The notes: a model not told the origin generated them from the sequence alone. A DNA stretch of 64,000 nt from Hyphomicrobiales bacterium (GCA_028339975.1 JAOLDG010000008.1:2154-66153), one strand, 5' to 3'. Shown: positions 26,639-37,697, numbered from the stretch's first letter. Translations and numbers: made by a program.

Positions 26639-27436
26639 ATGCAATTCAATGATTACAAGACTATTAAGTTTGAAAGAAATGAAAGGATACTGACTGTAAC
26701 TTTAAATCTTCCTGAAACTATGAATGCTGTTGGTGAAGAGTTACATACAGAATTATCTAAACTTTTTTATGACCTGCAAACGGATAAAGTTAGCGATATT
26801 ATTATCCTAACAGGTGCTGGAAAGGCCTTTAGCGCTGGAGGTGATGTTGATCAAATGAAAAAAAATAATGAATCGAAAGATCTTGATACAAATCAATTAG
26901 TAGAGGCAAAAAAAATGATCTTTGGATTGTTGGATCTTGAGAAACCTATTATAGCAAAAATTAATGGTGATGCTATGGGTTTGGGTGCAACAATTGCATT
27001 ATTTTGTGATATTATTTTTGCTAACGAAGAGGCTAGAATTGCCGACCCGCATGTCAGCGTAGGAATTGTTGCTGGAGATGGTGGAGCTGTAATATGGCCT
27101 CAATTAATCGGCTATGCTAGAGCAAAACACTATTTGATGACTGGCTCTATGATAAAAGGAAAAGAAGCTGCTGAAATTGGGTTAATTAACTTTTCATTGC
27201 CGTTATCTGATCTGGATGAAAAAGTAGATTCCTATGCAAGAAAACTTTCATTAGGATCCACAGATGCTATTAGATGGACAAAAGTTGCAGTCAATATAGG
27301 TTTAAAACAACTTGCCAGCAGTATAATGGATGTTGGTCTTGGCTATGAAGCTATCACAATTCGCTCCTCTGACCATGCTGAGGGTATTGCTTCTTTCCTA
27401 GAAAAACGTAAACCAAACTATGGTTCAAGAAAATAA
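26639..27436 (+). CDS. enoyl-CoA hydratase/isomerase family protein
   Basis: AFSAGGD, EKPIIAKING.AMGLG, DPHV.VG.VAGDGG motifs. Confidence 0.92.
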   Translation: MQFNDYKTIKFERNERILTVTLNLPETMNAVGEELHTELSKLFYDLQTDKVSDIIILTGAGKAFSAGGDVDQMKKNNESKDLDTNQLVEAKKMIFGLLDLEKPIIAKINGDAMGLGATIALFCDIIFANEEARIADPHVSVGIVAGDGGAVIWPQLIGYARAKHYLMTGSMIKGKEAAEIGLINFSLPLSDLDEKVDSYARKLSLGSTDAIRWTKVAVNIGLKQLASSIMDVGLGYEAITIRSSDHAEGIASFLEKRKPNYGSRK

Positions 27437-27498
27437 ATTAGTGTTACTTATTTAGTTTTTATGCTATTATTATTTCATTAAAAAATTGTTTACAAAAA

Positions 27499-28515
27499 AT
27501 GGGGAAACACATGTCTGAAACTTTTAAAAAACTAGTTGCAAATAAATACACAAAGGATTTCCGTGATGCTGGTGAAGTTATTGAGGTTCCCTTGGAACAA
27601 CCTGGGGCAAGGCAGATATTAATGCGTAACCATTTTGGTGGTGTTAATGCATCAGATGTAAATATTAGTGGTGGAGTATATTTTTCTGACGGATCCTTTC
27701 CATTCGACCTTGGGTGCGAATCTATTGGTGAAGTTGTTGCTGTCGGCGAAGATGTTACTGAGTTTTCTATAGGAGACAGTATTGTTTCACCTTGGCTTGG
27801 AAGTGCTTATACCGAAATGCTTTGTCGTAGTGTTGATGAAGGTGAGTTCGTTAAAGTACCTAAATGTACGCCAGCATATATGGGCGCAGCTGTTGCAGGC
27901 CTTACTGCATCAATTGGCCTCAAAGAGGCTGGAGAAATGGGCACGGGGGAAACTATTCTAATTACTGGTGCTGCTGGTGGTGTAGGTAACTGGTGTGTTC
28001 AAATTGCAAAGCTAGCCGGTAATCATGTTATTGGGACATGTAGTTCTGAAGAAAAGGCTAAGGAATTAAAAAGATTGGGTTGCGATAGGGTTATTATTTA
28101 TACAAAGGAAAATTTAGGCGAAGTGTTGTCCTCTGAGTACCCTGATGGAATAAATTTGATTTTTGAACAGATTGGAACAGATACTTTTGACGCATGTGTT
28201 GATAATTTAGCAACAAGAGGGCGTTTATTAATTTGCGGTTTTGTTTCTGAGTATATGGGTGATCCCCAAGAAGTGCTTGCTCCAAGAATTTATCACAAAC
28301 TATTATGGAAATCTGCTCAACTTAGAGCATTTTTATACAAAGATTGGCCTGACAAAGTATCTAGTCATATCAAAGATTTAGTTCAATTAGTTGATAGTGG
28401 AAAGATTGATCCATTGGTCGATAACACCCTTTTTAAAGGTGTTGATAGCTGTATAGATGCTGTAGAATATTTACATAGTGGCAAAAACATTGGCAAGGTT
28501 GTAGTTACATATTAA
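27499..28515 (+). CDS. NADP-dependent MDR oxidoreductase (ZADH2/PTGR3-like)
   Basis: GVNASD, PFDLG.E, ITGAAGGVG, GKNIGKVVV motifs. Confidence 0.85.
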   Translation: MGKHMSETFKKLVANKYTKDFRDAGEVIEVPLEQPGARQILMRNHFGGVNASDVNISGGVYFSDGSFPFDLGCESIGEVVAVGEDVTEFSIGDSIVSPWLGSAYTEMLCRSVDEGEFVKVPKCTPAYMGAAVAGLTASIGLKEAGEMGTGETILITGAAGGVGNWCVQIAKLAGNHVIGTCSSEEKAKELKRLGCDRVIIYTKENLGEVLSSEYPDGINLIFEQIGTDTFDACVDNLATRGRLLICGFVSEYMGDPQEVLAPRIYHKLLWKSAQLRAFLYKDWPDKVSSHIKDLVQLVDSGKIDPLVDNTLFKGVDSCIDAVEYLHSGKNIGKVVVTY

Positions 28516-28527
28516 TTGGGGGTTATA

Positions 28528-29925
28528 ATGGCAAACGGAAAAATACAAAAAATTTCAGAGAGATCTCCTTTTGAAAGTTATGAGGATATTTTAAATAACG
28601 ATACTGTGCCTTCGCCAGATTATCTTAAGGAAGGGCCAAATCCTGATATTAAGTCTGATCCAATTTCTGCGTCTCGTTACCATGATCAGGATTTTTTTAA
28701 TAAAGAGGTTAAGTATGTTTGGCCCAAAGTATGGCAATGGGTGTGTAGAGAGGAAGATATTCCAAATATTGGGGATCATCATATTTTTAATAATGTTGGT
28801 AAATCTTTGATAATCGTAAGAACTAAAGAAAAAGAAATTAAAGCTTTAGTGAATTCCTGCCTTCATAGAGGACGTCAGATTCTGGCTGATGATGGTAACC
28901 TTGATGAGTTTCGATGCGCATTTCATGGCTTATCCTGGAATTTTGATGGAACATTTAAAGAAAACCCTTTTGGTTGGGATTGTCCCCAGTGGAATGGAGG
29001 TGCACCGGATCTTCCTGAGGCTAAGGTTGAACTTTGGGGTGGGTTTGTATTTGTAAATATGGATTTAGATGCAGCTCCCTTGTCAACTGTTTTAGGCCCA
29101 ATGTCTGCTCATTTTGAAAGGTATGATCTTTCAAATAGATATAAAGCTGCGCACATATCAAAGAAAATTAATGCTAATTGGAAGCTTAGCACTGAGGCCT
29201 TTATGGAAAGTCATCATGTTCTTGGTACTCACCCTCAAGGCCTTCCTATGACCGGTGATATTAATAGTCAATATGATACATGGAATGATTATGTTGGGAG
29301 GCAATTATCAGCTCATACTGTAAAGAGCCCTCATATTAAACATGATATTTCTGAGCAAGAAATTTTTAATGCATTTACAGGAGCTGATCATGATTTAGAT
29401 AAAAATCCTGAAATGCGTGTTCCTGAAGGAGTAACTGCAAGAACTTTTACCGCACAAATGTTTAGAGATAATTTATCTAATGAAACTGGATATGATTATA
29501 GTCATGCAGGTGACGCTGAGATGGTTGACTCCCTTATATATAATGTCTTTCCTAACTATAGTATTTGGGCTGGTATGACATTTAATACAATTTATCGTTT
29601 TAGGCCAAACGGACTTGATCCCAATACATCAATTATGGATATTGTTTTGCTAAAACCAGTTCCAAAGAATGGTCCTCGCCCTGAACCAGCAAGCATTAAG
29701 CATCTCGATTTCCATGAGCCTGTAACGGATGCATCTGATGAACTTGGTGCTGGACTTGCTATGGTTTTTGAACAAGATGCAATTAATTTGCCTTATGTTC
29801 ATGATGGTTTAAGGGCTAGCGGTACACAAAAAGTTGAATTTTCTAACTACATGGAAAAAAGATTAAGGATGCATCATATTATGCACGATAGGCTTATAAA
29901 AGAAGGCGAGTCAAAAGAGGGCTAG
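28528..29925 (+). CDS. Rieske ring-hydroxylating oxygenase alpha subunit
   Basis: CLHRG...CAFHG Rieske motif; ANWK...EAFMESHHV..TH and EQD mononuclear Fe ligands. Confidence 0.92.
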   Translation: MANGKIQKISERSPFESYEDILNNDTVPSPDYLKEGPNPDIKSDPISASRYHDQDFFNKEVKYVWPKVWQWVCREEDIPNIGDHHIFNNVGKSLIIVRTKEKEIKALVNSCLHRGRQILADDGNLDEFRCAFHGLSWNFDGTFKENPFGWDCPQWNGGAPDLPEAKVELWGGFVFVNMDLDAAPLSTVLGPMSAHFERYDLSNRYKAAHISKKINANWKLSTEAFMESHHVLGTHPQGLPMTGDINSQYDTWNDYVGRQLSAHTVKSPHIKHDISEQEIFNAFTGADHDLDKNPEMRVPEGVTARTFTAQMFRDNLSNETGYDYSHAGDAEMVDSLIYNVFPNYSIWAGMTFNTIYRFRPNGLDPNTSIMDIVLLKPVPKNGPRPEPASIKHLDFHEPVTDASDELGAGLAMVFEQDAINLPYVHDGLRASGTQKVEFSNYMEKRLRMHHIMHDRLIKEGESKEG

Positions 29926-29965
29926 TAATTTTTAAATTAACCAGTATCTTCTACGTTAACTTGAA

Positions 29966-30334
29966 TTGGAGCTAACTATGGAAAAAACTGAAATTATTAT
30001 TACGGCAGTATTTGATTTTCCTCCTGAAAATATAGACAAAATTATTAAAACATCTAAAGATTTAATTGATGGAGCTCTTGATGAGGTGGGGTGTCAGGCT
30101 TACAGCTGGACCTTAGATCCTTATAAACCTGGACGCATATGGGTTATGGAGCGTTGGGAGACAGAACAGTCTTTAAAAGATCACTTTGATAGTAACTGGT
30201 ATAAAGATATGAGCGCAAATCTTAACGCCTCTGGTTTATTGGGAGGCGATGCTTTGAAATATAAAATTAGTAAACAAGAACCCGTTTATGATGAATCAGG
30301 TGTTCCTAGAGCTGACTTTTTTAGTAAGGATTAA
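29966..30334 (+). CDS. ABM-family monooxygenase
   Basis: E.GC.AY.W..D......V.ERW......HF motif. Confidence 0.8.
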   Translation: MELTMEKTEIIITAVFDFPPENIDKIIKTSKDLIDGALDEVGCQAYSWTLDPYKPGRIWVMERWETEQSLKDHFDSNWYKDMSANLNASGLLGGDALKYKISKQEPVYDESGVPRADFFSKD

Positions 30335-30337
30335 ATT

Positions 30338-30796
30338 ATGAGCGATAAAGAAGAAATTAGAAATTTAGTAGAAAAATATGCCGATGCTGTTTGTCGTCGT
30401 GATGAGGCTGATTGGTCGTCTACATGGCATGATAATGCTATATGGAGCCTTGGAAGTATTCCTCCGGTTGAAGGTAAGGAGGCTATTGTAGGTCTTTGGG
30501 TTCAAGCTATGACCGGCTTTCCATTTGTAGCTCAGCTTATTCAAAATGGAACTGTTGAAGTTAATGGAGATAAAGCAATGGGTCGCTGGTACATTACAGA
30601 ACATCTTCAATTTCCAGAAAAAGATACGGAAGGAAATCCTACAGGCATGTTTAATATTGGTGTTTATCAAGATAAATATATAAAAGAGAATGGAAAATGG
30701 CTTTTTTCTGAAAGACATTATGGTGTTATTTATAATGATGATGGGAAAGGAAATATGTCAGGTACTGGAAACCCTTACCCAGAACTTATTAAATAA
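30338..30796 (+). CDS. SnoaL-like (NTF2) protein
   Basis: IRNLVEKYADAV, YQDKY..ENGKWLFSER motifs. Confidence 0.85.
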   Translation: MSDKEEIRNLVEKYADAVCRRDEADWSSTWHDNAIWSLGSIPPVEGKEAIVGLWVQAMTGFPFVAQLIQNGTVEVNGDKAMGRWYITEHLQFPEKDTEGNPTGMFNIGVYQDKYIKENGKWLFSERHYGVIYNDDGKGNMSGTGNPYPELIK

Positions 30797-31675
30797 TTAG
30801 AATTCTTTAAAATCTTTCCCTAGCGGTATTTCTTTAGAAACCCAAAATGGATTAATTTTATAAGTAATATCTCTTAGGTATTTTGATAATTCTGTATTTG
30901 TTAGGCTTTCATCAATTTGATCGTATCGAATTGGATCACCAATGATTACAGGCACCTCAGTATTAACCCTTCTTTTAACTTCGTGAAAAAGTAAAGAAGA
31001 CCTGAGTGTTTCACTTAGATGACTTGCTGTTTGAAAGAGAAAGCTATTTTGACCCGTAAAATGCAAGGGGAGAATCGTTGGCTTTGATCTTTTTATTAAA
31101 CGCGACGTGAAGTTTCTCCACTCAGGATCTAGAGCAGTCTTATTATAGAATTTCTTAGTTGTTGATACTGTTCCACCAGGAAAAACAACAATTGTTCCGC
31201 CGTCATCTAAAATCTTACGTGCAGTTTTTCTTGTTTCAAGATTTGTTTTCATGGCATCTTTGCTTTCACTAAAATCAATGGGAAGAAGGTGATTTCTTGT
31301 TTCGGGCGCCCTTAATAGCATTGAATGAGTTAAAACTTTAAATTCAGATCTTATTTTGCTTGTTAGCCAGCATATTATTAAACCGTCAAGAACACCAAAG
31401 GGGTGGTTTGCCACTATCATTAATGGACCATCTTTTGGAACATTTTTAATTTTTTCTATGTCAAATTTAACATTTAACTCTAATAATTCAACACAACCAT
31501 CCCAGAAGCTCTCCCATCTATCAGGATTTTTTTGATATTCTTTATAGATGTTGTAAAGGTAGGGTTGCCCTGAGAAAAACTCTATTGATCTTATTAATGC
31601 CTTTCTATGAATAGGATCATCTGGGCTTGCATAGCTAAAGTATTTTGTATCTAAGTATTCCATTAAAGATCCCAA
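30797..31675 (-). CDS. lysophospholipid acyltransferase family protein
   Basis: ANHPFGVLDG, FPGG, GQNS motifs. Confidence 0.9.
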   Translation of the reverse strand: MGSLMEYLDTKYFSYASPDDPIHRKALIRSIEFFSGQPYLYNIYKEYQKNPDRWESFWDGCVELLELNVKFDIEKIKNVPKDGPLMIVANHPFGVLDGLIICWLTSKIRSEFKVLTHSMLLRAPETRNHLLPIDFSESKDAMKTNLETRKTARKILDDGGTIVVFPGGTVSTTKKFYNKTALDPEWRNFTSRLIKRSKPTILPLHFTGQNSFLFQTASHLSETLRSSLLFHEVKRRVNTEVPVIIGDPIRYDQIDESLTNTELSKYLRDITYKINPFWVSKEIPLGKDFKEF

Positions 31676-32433
31676 AAATTATTCTTCGTTTTTTTATTTT
31701 TCCCAAGTTTTGGGATGTGTTTAAGCGAAGATTCTTTTTTAATATTTTCTAAAATATATGATTTTCTATCATTATGTCCAAAGATTTTTGTATCCTTTTT
31801 TTTAAAAAAAGGAGTGAGGATTACACCACAGATAAAACCACCCACGTGTGCTGAATATGCTACACCTGAAACACCTTGATCAAAAACATTCATAACCTGT
31901 AGGCCTATCCATACACTTATTACTATAAAAGCTGGGATTTTCAATATTTTTACAAAAATAACAACCCAGGCAAAAACAAATATTTTTGCCCTAGGATACA
32001 ATACTATATAAGCTCCCAATGTGCCGGCTATTGCCCCACTTGCTCCTATCATAGGAACATTACTCTCAGTATTAAAAAGTATTTGTGCTATTACGGCCCC
32101 AACTCCACAAAGTATATAGAATAATATAAAATTAAATCTACCAAACTCATCCTCGACATTATCTCCAAAAATCCATAAATAAAGGAGGTTTCCACCAAGG
32201 TGCATTAGACCTCCATGAAGAAACATTGAGCTAATTGAGGAATACCAGTAAATAAAGGTTTGATTTGTAAGAAGTATAGGTGTTGCACCATAGTTTTTAA
32301 TTAGAAATATTTCTTGGTTTTGACTTAACGAAGATTGAAATAAATAAACCAAACAACATATACCAATTATAATAAATGATATTATTGGAGTAGATTTTGT
32401 TGGGTTATCATCTTTAAAAGGGAAAAAAAACAT
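31663..32433 (-). CDS. rhomboid intramembrane serine protease
   Basis: FLHGG.MHL.GN, GASGA, AHVGG motifs. Confidence 0.93.
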   Translation of the reverse strand: MFFFPFKDDNPTKSTPIISFIIIGICCLVYLFQSSLSQNQEIFLIKNYGATPILLTNQTFIYWYSSISSMFLHGGLMHLGGNLLYLWIFGDNVEDEFGRFNFILFYILCGVGAVIAQILFNTESNVPMIGASGAIAGTLGAYIVLYPRAKIFVFAWVVIFVKILKIPAFIVISVWIGLQVMNVFDQGVSGVAYSAHVGGFICGVILTPFFKKKDTKIFGHNDRKSYILENIKKESSLKHIPKLGKNKKTKNNFWDL

Positions 32434-32563
32434 TATAATCCAAATAGTTAATAATCAATTCTAACAAAAATTTTAAGTTACATAATGAAACAAGAGTTTA
32501 TTTCAATTTAGGCATGATTCATTAGATATTAGTCAATTATATTACATAGGCATTATTTCAAAT

Positions 32564-33916
32564 ATGAAAGATAAAAATATAGCTATAATACTTGCCGCTG
32601 GCAAGGGCTCGAGGATGAATTCATCTATACCAAAGCCTTTGCAAGAGGTTGCTGGAAGATCAATTCTTGATCATATTCTTTATAATATTAAGTCGGCTGG
32701 CTTTGATGAGACAATCGTTGTTATCAATAAAGATCATTTAAACTTTTTTGAATATTTAAATGCTTCAGATGAAAATATTAAAATTTCATTTCAGGAAAAT
32801 CAGTTAGGAACAGGCGATGCTGTAAAGTCTGGTCTAATTGGTCACGATTTATCTGAGGTAAATAATGTCTTAGTAGTTTTTGGCGACACCCCTCTACTCA
32901 CAAAAGAAACATTAGAAAATTTATATGAGTCTAATAATCAGAATAACCTCTCTGTACTTGGGTTTTTTGCTGATGAGCCTGGTAGGTATGGAAGGCTTAT
33001 TACAAAAGGAAATTCTTTAATAAAAATTGTTGAAGCTCTCGATGCTAACGATGAGGAAAAAAATATAAAACTCTGCAATGGCGGTGTAATGATGGTTAAA
33101 GCAAAAAACCTTAATGAGCGCCTTTCTTTAATGGGAAGTGATAACGCAAAAAATGAAATTATTCTTTCTGATTTAGTAGAAATAACAAATAACTCTGGGG
33201 AAAGCTCTGCCTATATTGAATGTTCTCATGAGGAAACTTTAGGTGTTGATACAAAAAAAGGTCTCAGTAAGGCTGAAAAAATCTATCAAAATCGATTAAG
33301 AGATGGCTTTATGAGCAATGGAACAACAATGTTAGATCCTGAGACGGTATTTTTTTCTTGGGACACATCCGTGGGAAAGGATGTAACAATTGGAGCAAAT
33401 ATTGTTTTTGGAGCAAATGTTATAATTGAAGATGGCGTTACCATTAACTCATTTTGCTCAATAGAGAGCTCTATTATAAAAGAAGGGGCATCTGTCGGCC
33501 CTTTTAGTCGTTTAAGAAATGGCGCTGAAATTGGTAAAAATTCGAAAATTGGAAATTTTGTAGAAATCAAAAACTCTTCTTTAAAAAGCGAGGTTAAGGT
33601 AAGCCATTTATCTTATATTGGAGATGCAGATATTGATGACAATGCAAATATTGGCGCTGGAACTATCACATGTAATTTTGATGGTACTAATAAAAACAAA
33701 ACTGTTATTGGCAAAAGAGCTTTTATTGGCTCAAATTCATCCTTAATCGCACCAATTAATATTGGTGATGATGCTAATATTGCTGCTGGATCTTCTATTT
33801 CAAAAGATGTAGAACCCGGATTTCTGGCAATAACAAGATCTCCAATAAAATTTATAAGTAATTGGTCAAAAAAAATTAAAAGAACAAATAATGAGGAAGA
33901 AAAATGTGTGGAATAA
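32564..33916 (+). CDS. glmU: bifunctional UDP-GlcNAc pyrophosphorylase / GlcN-1-P acetyltransferase
   Basis: LAAGKGSRM, QLGTGDA, GNFVEIK, HLSYIGDA, GAGTITCN motifs. Confidence 0.96.
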   Translation: MKDKNIAIILAAGKGSRMNSSIPKPLQEVAGRSILDHILYNIKSAGFDETIVVINKDHLNFFEYLNASDENIKISFQENQLGTGDAVKSGLIGHDLSEVNNVLVVFGDTPLLTKETLENLYESNNQNNLSVLGFFADEPGRYGRLITKGNSLIKIVEALDANDEEKNIKLCNGGVMMVKAKNLNERLSLMGSDNAKNEIILSDLVEITNNSGESSAYIECSHEETLGVDTKKGLSKAEKIYQNRLRDGFMSNGTTMLDPETVFFSWDTSVGKDVTIGANIVFGANVIIEDGVTINSFCSIESSIIKEGASVGPFSRLRNGAEIGKNSKIGNFVEIKNSSLKSEVKVSHLSYIGDADIDDNANIGAGTITCNFDGTNKNKTVIGKRAFIGSNSSLIAPINIGDDANIAAGSSISKDVEPGFLAITRSPIKFISNWSKKIKRTNNEEEKCVE

Positions 33917-35733
33917 TTGGCTTAGTAAGCAATAAAGAGGTTTCCTCTACATTACTTGAAGGATTAAAGAGGCTTGAATATCGAGGCTATGATTCATCGG
34001 GTATAGCCACAATCAATGATAATAAGATTGAAAGAGTTCGATCAAAAGGTAATTTAAGCTTTTTAGAGGAAAAGCTTCTTAATACAACTTTGCCTGGAAA
34101 TATTGGAATAGGTCATACTCGATGGGCAACCCACGGGACGCCAGAAGAAAAAAATGCTCATCCTCATATTACAGATAAGGTAGCAATCGTTCACAATGGT
34201 ATCATTGAAAACAATAATCAGTTAAGAAATCAACTAATTGAGTCTGGAGTTGAGTTTTCTAGCGATACAGATACCGAGGTTGTATGCCATGTCTTAACGT
34301 CTTATCTTAATTCAGGCTTAAACGCCTATGATTCAGTTAGAGCAACAATGAATGATATTAGAGGTACATATGCTCTTGGGGTTTTAGTTCTTAATGATCC
34401 AGATAAGCTTTATGCTGTTAGGGGAGGTAGCCCTATAGCCATTGGTTCTGCTGAAAATCAAAATTTTATTGGATCAGATACTTACTCTTTGAGCGCTTAT
34501 TCAAATAATATAACCTACCTAAAGGATGGTGATATTGCTGTAATTGAAAGTAATTCTTATGATATTTATGATCATTCAGATTCCCCAGCTATTCGAGAAA
34601 AACAAAACATTATTGAAAGCGTAACACTTGCCGAAAAAGGAATTTTTAAACATTTTATGTCAAAGGAAATACACGAACAACCAGAAGTTGTTAGTAAATC
34701 TTTAGCAAATTATATAGATATGGATAGCAGTACACTTAATATGCCAAATTTACCTTATGATTTATCGAGTATTAGTAATGTTACTTTAGTTGCTTGTGGA
34801 AGTTCATTTTACGCAGGATTGATATCAAGAGATTGGTTTGAGAAGTTCACAAATGTTAAGGTTGATGTTGAGATAGCTTCAGAGTTTCGATACAGAGAAC
34901 CACCTATGGATGTTAACGGCTTAACTGTATTCATTTCTCAATCTGGAGAAACTGCTGATACTTTAGCTGCACTTAGACACTGTAAATCTCTTGGACAAAA
35001 AACAATTTCAATTGTCAATGTTGGTGATTCATCAATGTGTAGAAATTCGGATTCTTCTCTAAAGATTTATGCTGGACCTGAAATTGGTGTGGCATCAACA
35101 AAAGCCTTCACATGTCAGCTAGTTGTTCTTGCTTGTTTGGCTATTAAGATAGGCGTTTCAAATGGGTCTTTGAGTACTGAACAAGAAAAAGAATATGTTC
35201 AGTCTTTGTTGTCTGTTCCAAGACTGATATCAAACACTCTTGATAAAGAAGATGAGATTATTGATCTTGCTCATGGACTTTCCAATATTTCAACAACATT
35301 GTATCTCGGAAGAGGGCAAATGTATCCAGTAGCAATGGAAGGTGCCTTAAAACTAAAAGAGATTTCGTATGTTCATGCAGAAGGTTATCCTGCGGGAGAG
35401 ATGAAGCATGGCCCTATCGCGCTTCTTGAAAAAGATCTTCCAGTGTTTATGATGGCTCCAACCAATAAGCTTTATGAAAAAACTATATCAAATTTAAATG
35501 AAGTTATCGCAAGAGATGCGTCTGTTATTTTATTAACCGATGAAGAGGGTCTCAAAAATATAGGATATTTAGCAGGTAAGGTTAAAACGTTTATTTTGGA
35601 TAAGACTGACTTTATAACTGCTCCTTTTGTTTATACACTTCCTAATCAGTTAATTGCTTATCATATAGCTCTTCTTAAGGGTACCGATGTTGATCAGCCA
35701 AGAAATTTAGCGAAATCCGTAACGGTAGAGTAG
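33904..35733 (+). CDS. glmS: glutamine--fructose-6-phosphate transaminase
   Basis: MCGI, GHTRWATHG, SQSGET, PRNLAKSVTVE motifs. Confidence 0.98.
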   Translation: MCGIIGLVSNKEVSSTLLEGLKRLEYRGYDSSGIATINDNKIERVRSKGNLSFLEEKLLNTTLPGNIGIGHTRWATHGTPEEKNAHPHITDKVAIVHNGIIENNNQLRNQLIESGVEFSSDTDTEVVCHVLTSYLNSGLNAYDSVRATMNDIRGTYALGVLVLNDPDKLYAVRGGSPIAIGSAENQNFIGSDTYSLSAYSNNITYLKDGDIAVIESNSYDIYDHSDSPAIREKQNIIESVTLAEKGIFKHFMSKEIHEQPEVVSKSLANYIDMDSSTLNMPNLPYDLSSISNVTLVACGSSFYAGLISRDWFEKFTNVKVDVEIASEFRYREPPMDVNGLTVFISQSGETADTLAALRHCKSLGQKTISIVNVGDSSMCRNSDSSLKIYAGPEIGVASTKAFTCQLVVLACLAIKIGVSNGSLSTEQEKEYVQSLLSVPRLISNTLDKEDEIIDLAHGLSNISTTLYLGRGQMYPVAMEGALKLKEISYVHAEGYPAGEMKHGPIALLEKDLPVFMMAPTNKLYEKTISNLNEVIARDASVILLTDEEGLKNIGYLAGKVKTFILDKTDFITAPFVYTLPNQLIAYHIALLKGTDVDQPRNLAKSVTVE

Positions 35734-36039
35734 TTTATAACCGTTATTCGGTAAAAACTTTATCCTTGAACATTAGTTTTAGAAAAGTAACTAATCCGCT
35801 AAAAAAAAGCGACCATTATTAACTCATCAAGTTTATCCTTTTTATGAAAATAATGAAGAAAGAATATCAATTGCAGGTAACTTAGGGGTAATAGAGGTTA
35901 ACAATTAAAATAATTAATTAAATTCGAAGTCAATATGGTTGGTAACTGTTAAAAGCAACTTCTTAACAGTGGAGTGATCTAATCATTTAATTAGTAGGTT
36001 TTTCTGTTCAAATATTAAATTTCATCCTATCTTAATAAT

Positions 36040-37164
36040 ATGGATCAAATTGTAATTAGTGGTACAGGTGTTTTTACACCAGAAGAGTCAATTACAAACA
36101 AAGAATTGGTAAAAGCTTATAATACATATGCTGACATTTATAATTCAACAAATAAGAGCGATATAAGCCAAGGAAATAAAGTTGCTTTAGAGCTATCAAG
36201 TGAAGAATTTATTTATAAAGCATCAGGAATAAAAAATCGATATGTGATGGATAAGACTGGTATTCTTGATCCTAACATTATGCACCCAATTTTAAAAAAA
36301 AGAAGTAATGCCGAGCCTTCAATTCTTGCTGAAATGTCTGTAAAGGCTGCAAAAAAAGCTATGGAAAGTGCTGGAAAAACATCCAGTGATATTGATGCGG
36401 TTATCACCGCATGTTCAAACCTTGAAAGAGCATATCCTGCTATCTCTATCGAGGTTCAGGAGTTACTAGGAATAAAAGGTTTTGCTTTTGATATGAATGT
36501 AGCCTGTTCATCAGCCACTTTTGCAATACAAGCAGCTGCAGATATGATCAGGTCCGGAAGCGCTAAAACTATTTTAATAGTAGATCCTGAAATTTGCTCT
36601 GGACATTTAGATTTTAAAGATCGCGATTGTCATTTTATCTTTGGTGATGTCTGTACTGCTATGATACTCGAAAATAAAGAAACAGCTAATTCAAATAATT
36701 CTTTTGAAATATTATCAACGAAATGTGTTACTCAATTTTCAAATAATATAAGAAATAATTCTGGATTTTTAAATAATGCAAAAAAATCTACACCTCTAGA
36801 TAGAGATCTTTTATTTATGCAGGAGGGTAGGAAGGTTTTTAAAGAAGTTGTTCCTATGGTAAGCCAACTTATTACCGATCATATTAAAGAAGAAAAAATC
36901 AACGTAGAGAATATAAAAAGATTATGGCTTCATCAGGCTAATAAAAGTATGAATGATTTTATTGGAAAAAAGGTTTTAGGAAGAGTTCCAGAGGATCATG
37001 AGCAACCAAACATATTACAAGATTATGCAAACACATCGTCAGCGGGTTCAATAATAGCATTCTCTTTTTATAGCAAAGACATGAAAAGTGATGAAATTGG
37101 AGTTTTATGTTCTTTTGGAGCAGGGTATTCAGCTGGAAGTATAATTCTCAAGAAAATATCTTAA
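36040..37164 (+). CDS. beta-ketoacyl-ACP synthase III (long FabH-like type)
   Basis: DMNVACSS, HQAN, ANTSSAG catalytic triad. Confidence 0.9.
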   Translation: MDQIVISGTGVFTPEESITNKELVKAYNTYADIYNSTNKSDISQGNKVALELSSEEFIYKASGIKNRYVMDKTGILDPNIMHPILKKRSNAEPSILAEMSVKAAKKAMESAGKTSSDIDAVITACSNLERAYPAISIEVQELLGIKGFAFDMNVACSSATFAIQAAADMIRSGSAKTILIVDPEICSGHLDFKDRDCHFIFGDVCTAMILENKETANSNNSFEILSTKCVTQFSNNIRNNSGFLNNAKKSTPLDRDLLFMQEGRKVFKEVVPMVSQLITDHIKEEKINVENIKRLWLHQANKSMNDFIGKKVLGRVPEDHEQPNILQDYANTSSAGSIIAFSFYSKDMKSDEIGVLCSFGAGYSAGSIILKKIS

Positions 37165-37248
37165 TTTTTAGAGTTTAAAGAGTAACTTTTAAATTTCATT
37201 ATTGTTAAATAAGTTTGATTTAATTTTAGAACGCCTTATTATTAAATT

Positions 37249-37659
37249 ATGGATTTTAAATTTACAAAAATTACGAAAGGTCTTCACTGGACAACAGTTT
37301 CAAGCGAGAAAGTTCTTCTAGCTATTATTGGAATAGCAACTTGTATAGCCGCAGGTCAATATTTAATTTCAATGTATGAAGCAAGGGAGATTCAATTAGC
37401 TGATCTCTTTTTGTTGTTTATTTATGTTGAGATAATAGGAATGGTTGGGGCTTTTTATAGCACCAATAGAATTCCAGTCACTCTTCCAATTATTATTGCA
37501 ATAACAGCCCTTTGCCGATTAATTATTATGCAAAGTAAAGATATGGATGCTTTAATGCTGGTTGGAGAGGCAGCGGCAATACTAATTTTATCTATATCTG
37601 CATATATTATGAGCCTAAAAGATAAGTTGAGCCTTGAAAAAAAGAAAGATACTAAATAA
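37249..37659 (+). CDS. psiE: phosphate-starvation-inducible PsiE family protein
   Basis: LADLFLLFIY.E..GM, PI.IAITAL.R motifs. Confidence 0.85.
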   Translation: MDFKFTKITKGLHWTTVSSEKVLLAIIGIATCIAAGQYLISMYEAREIQLADLFLLFIYVEIIGMVGAFYSTNRIPVTLPIIIAITALCRLIIMQSKDMDALMLVGEAAAILILSISAYIMSLKDKLSLEKKKDTK

Positions 37660-37697
37660 TAATTAATTCAAATAAAGCTTTATAAATTAGGGATAAA

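Noticed and set aside
33800..33903. glmS ribozyme
   Set aside because: glmU overlaps the glmS start, leaving no leader
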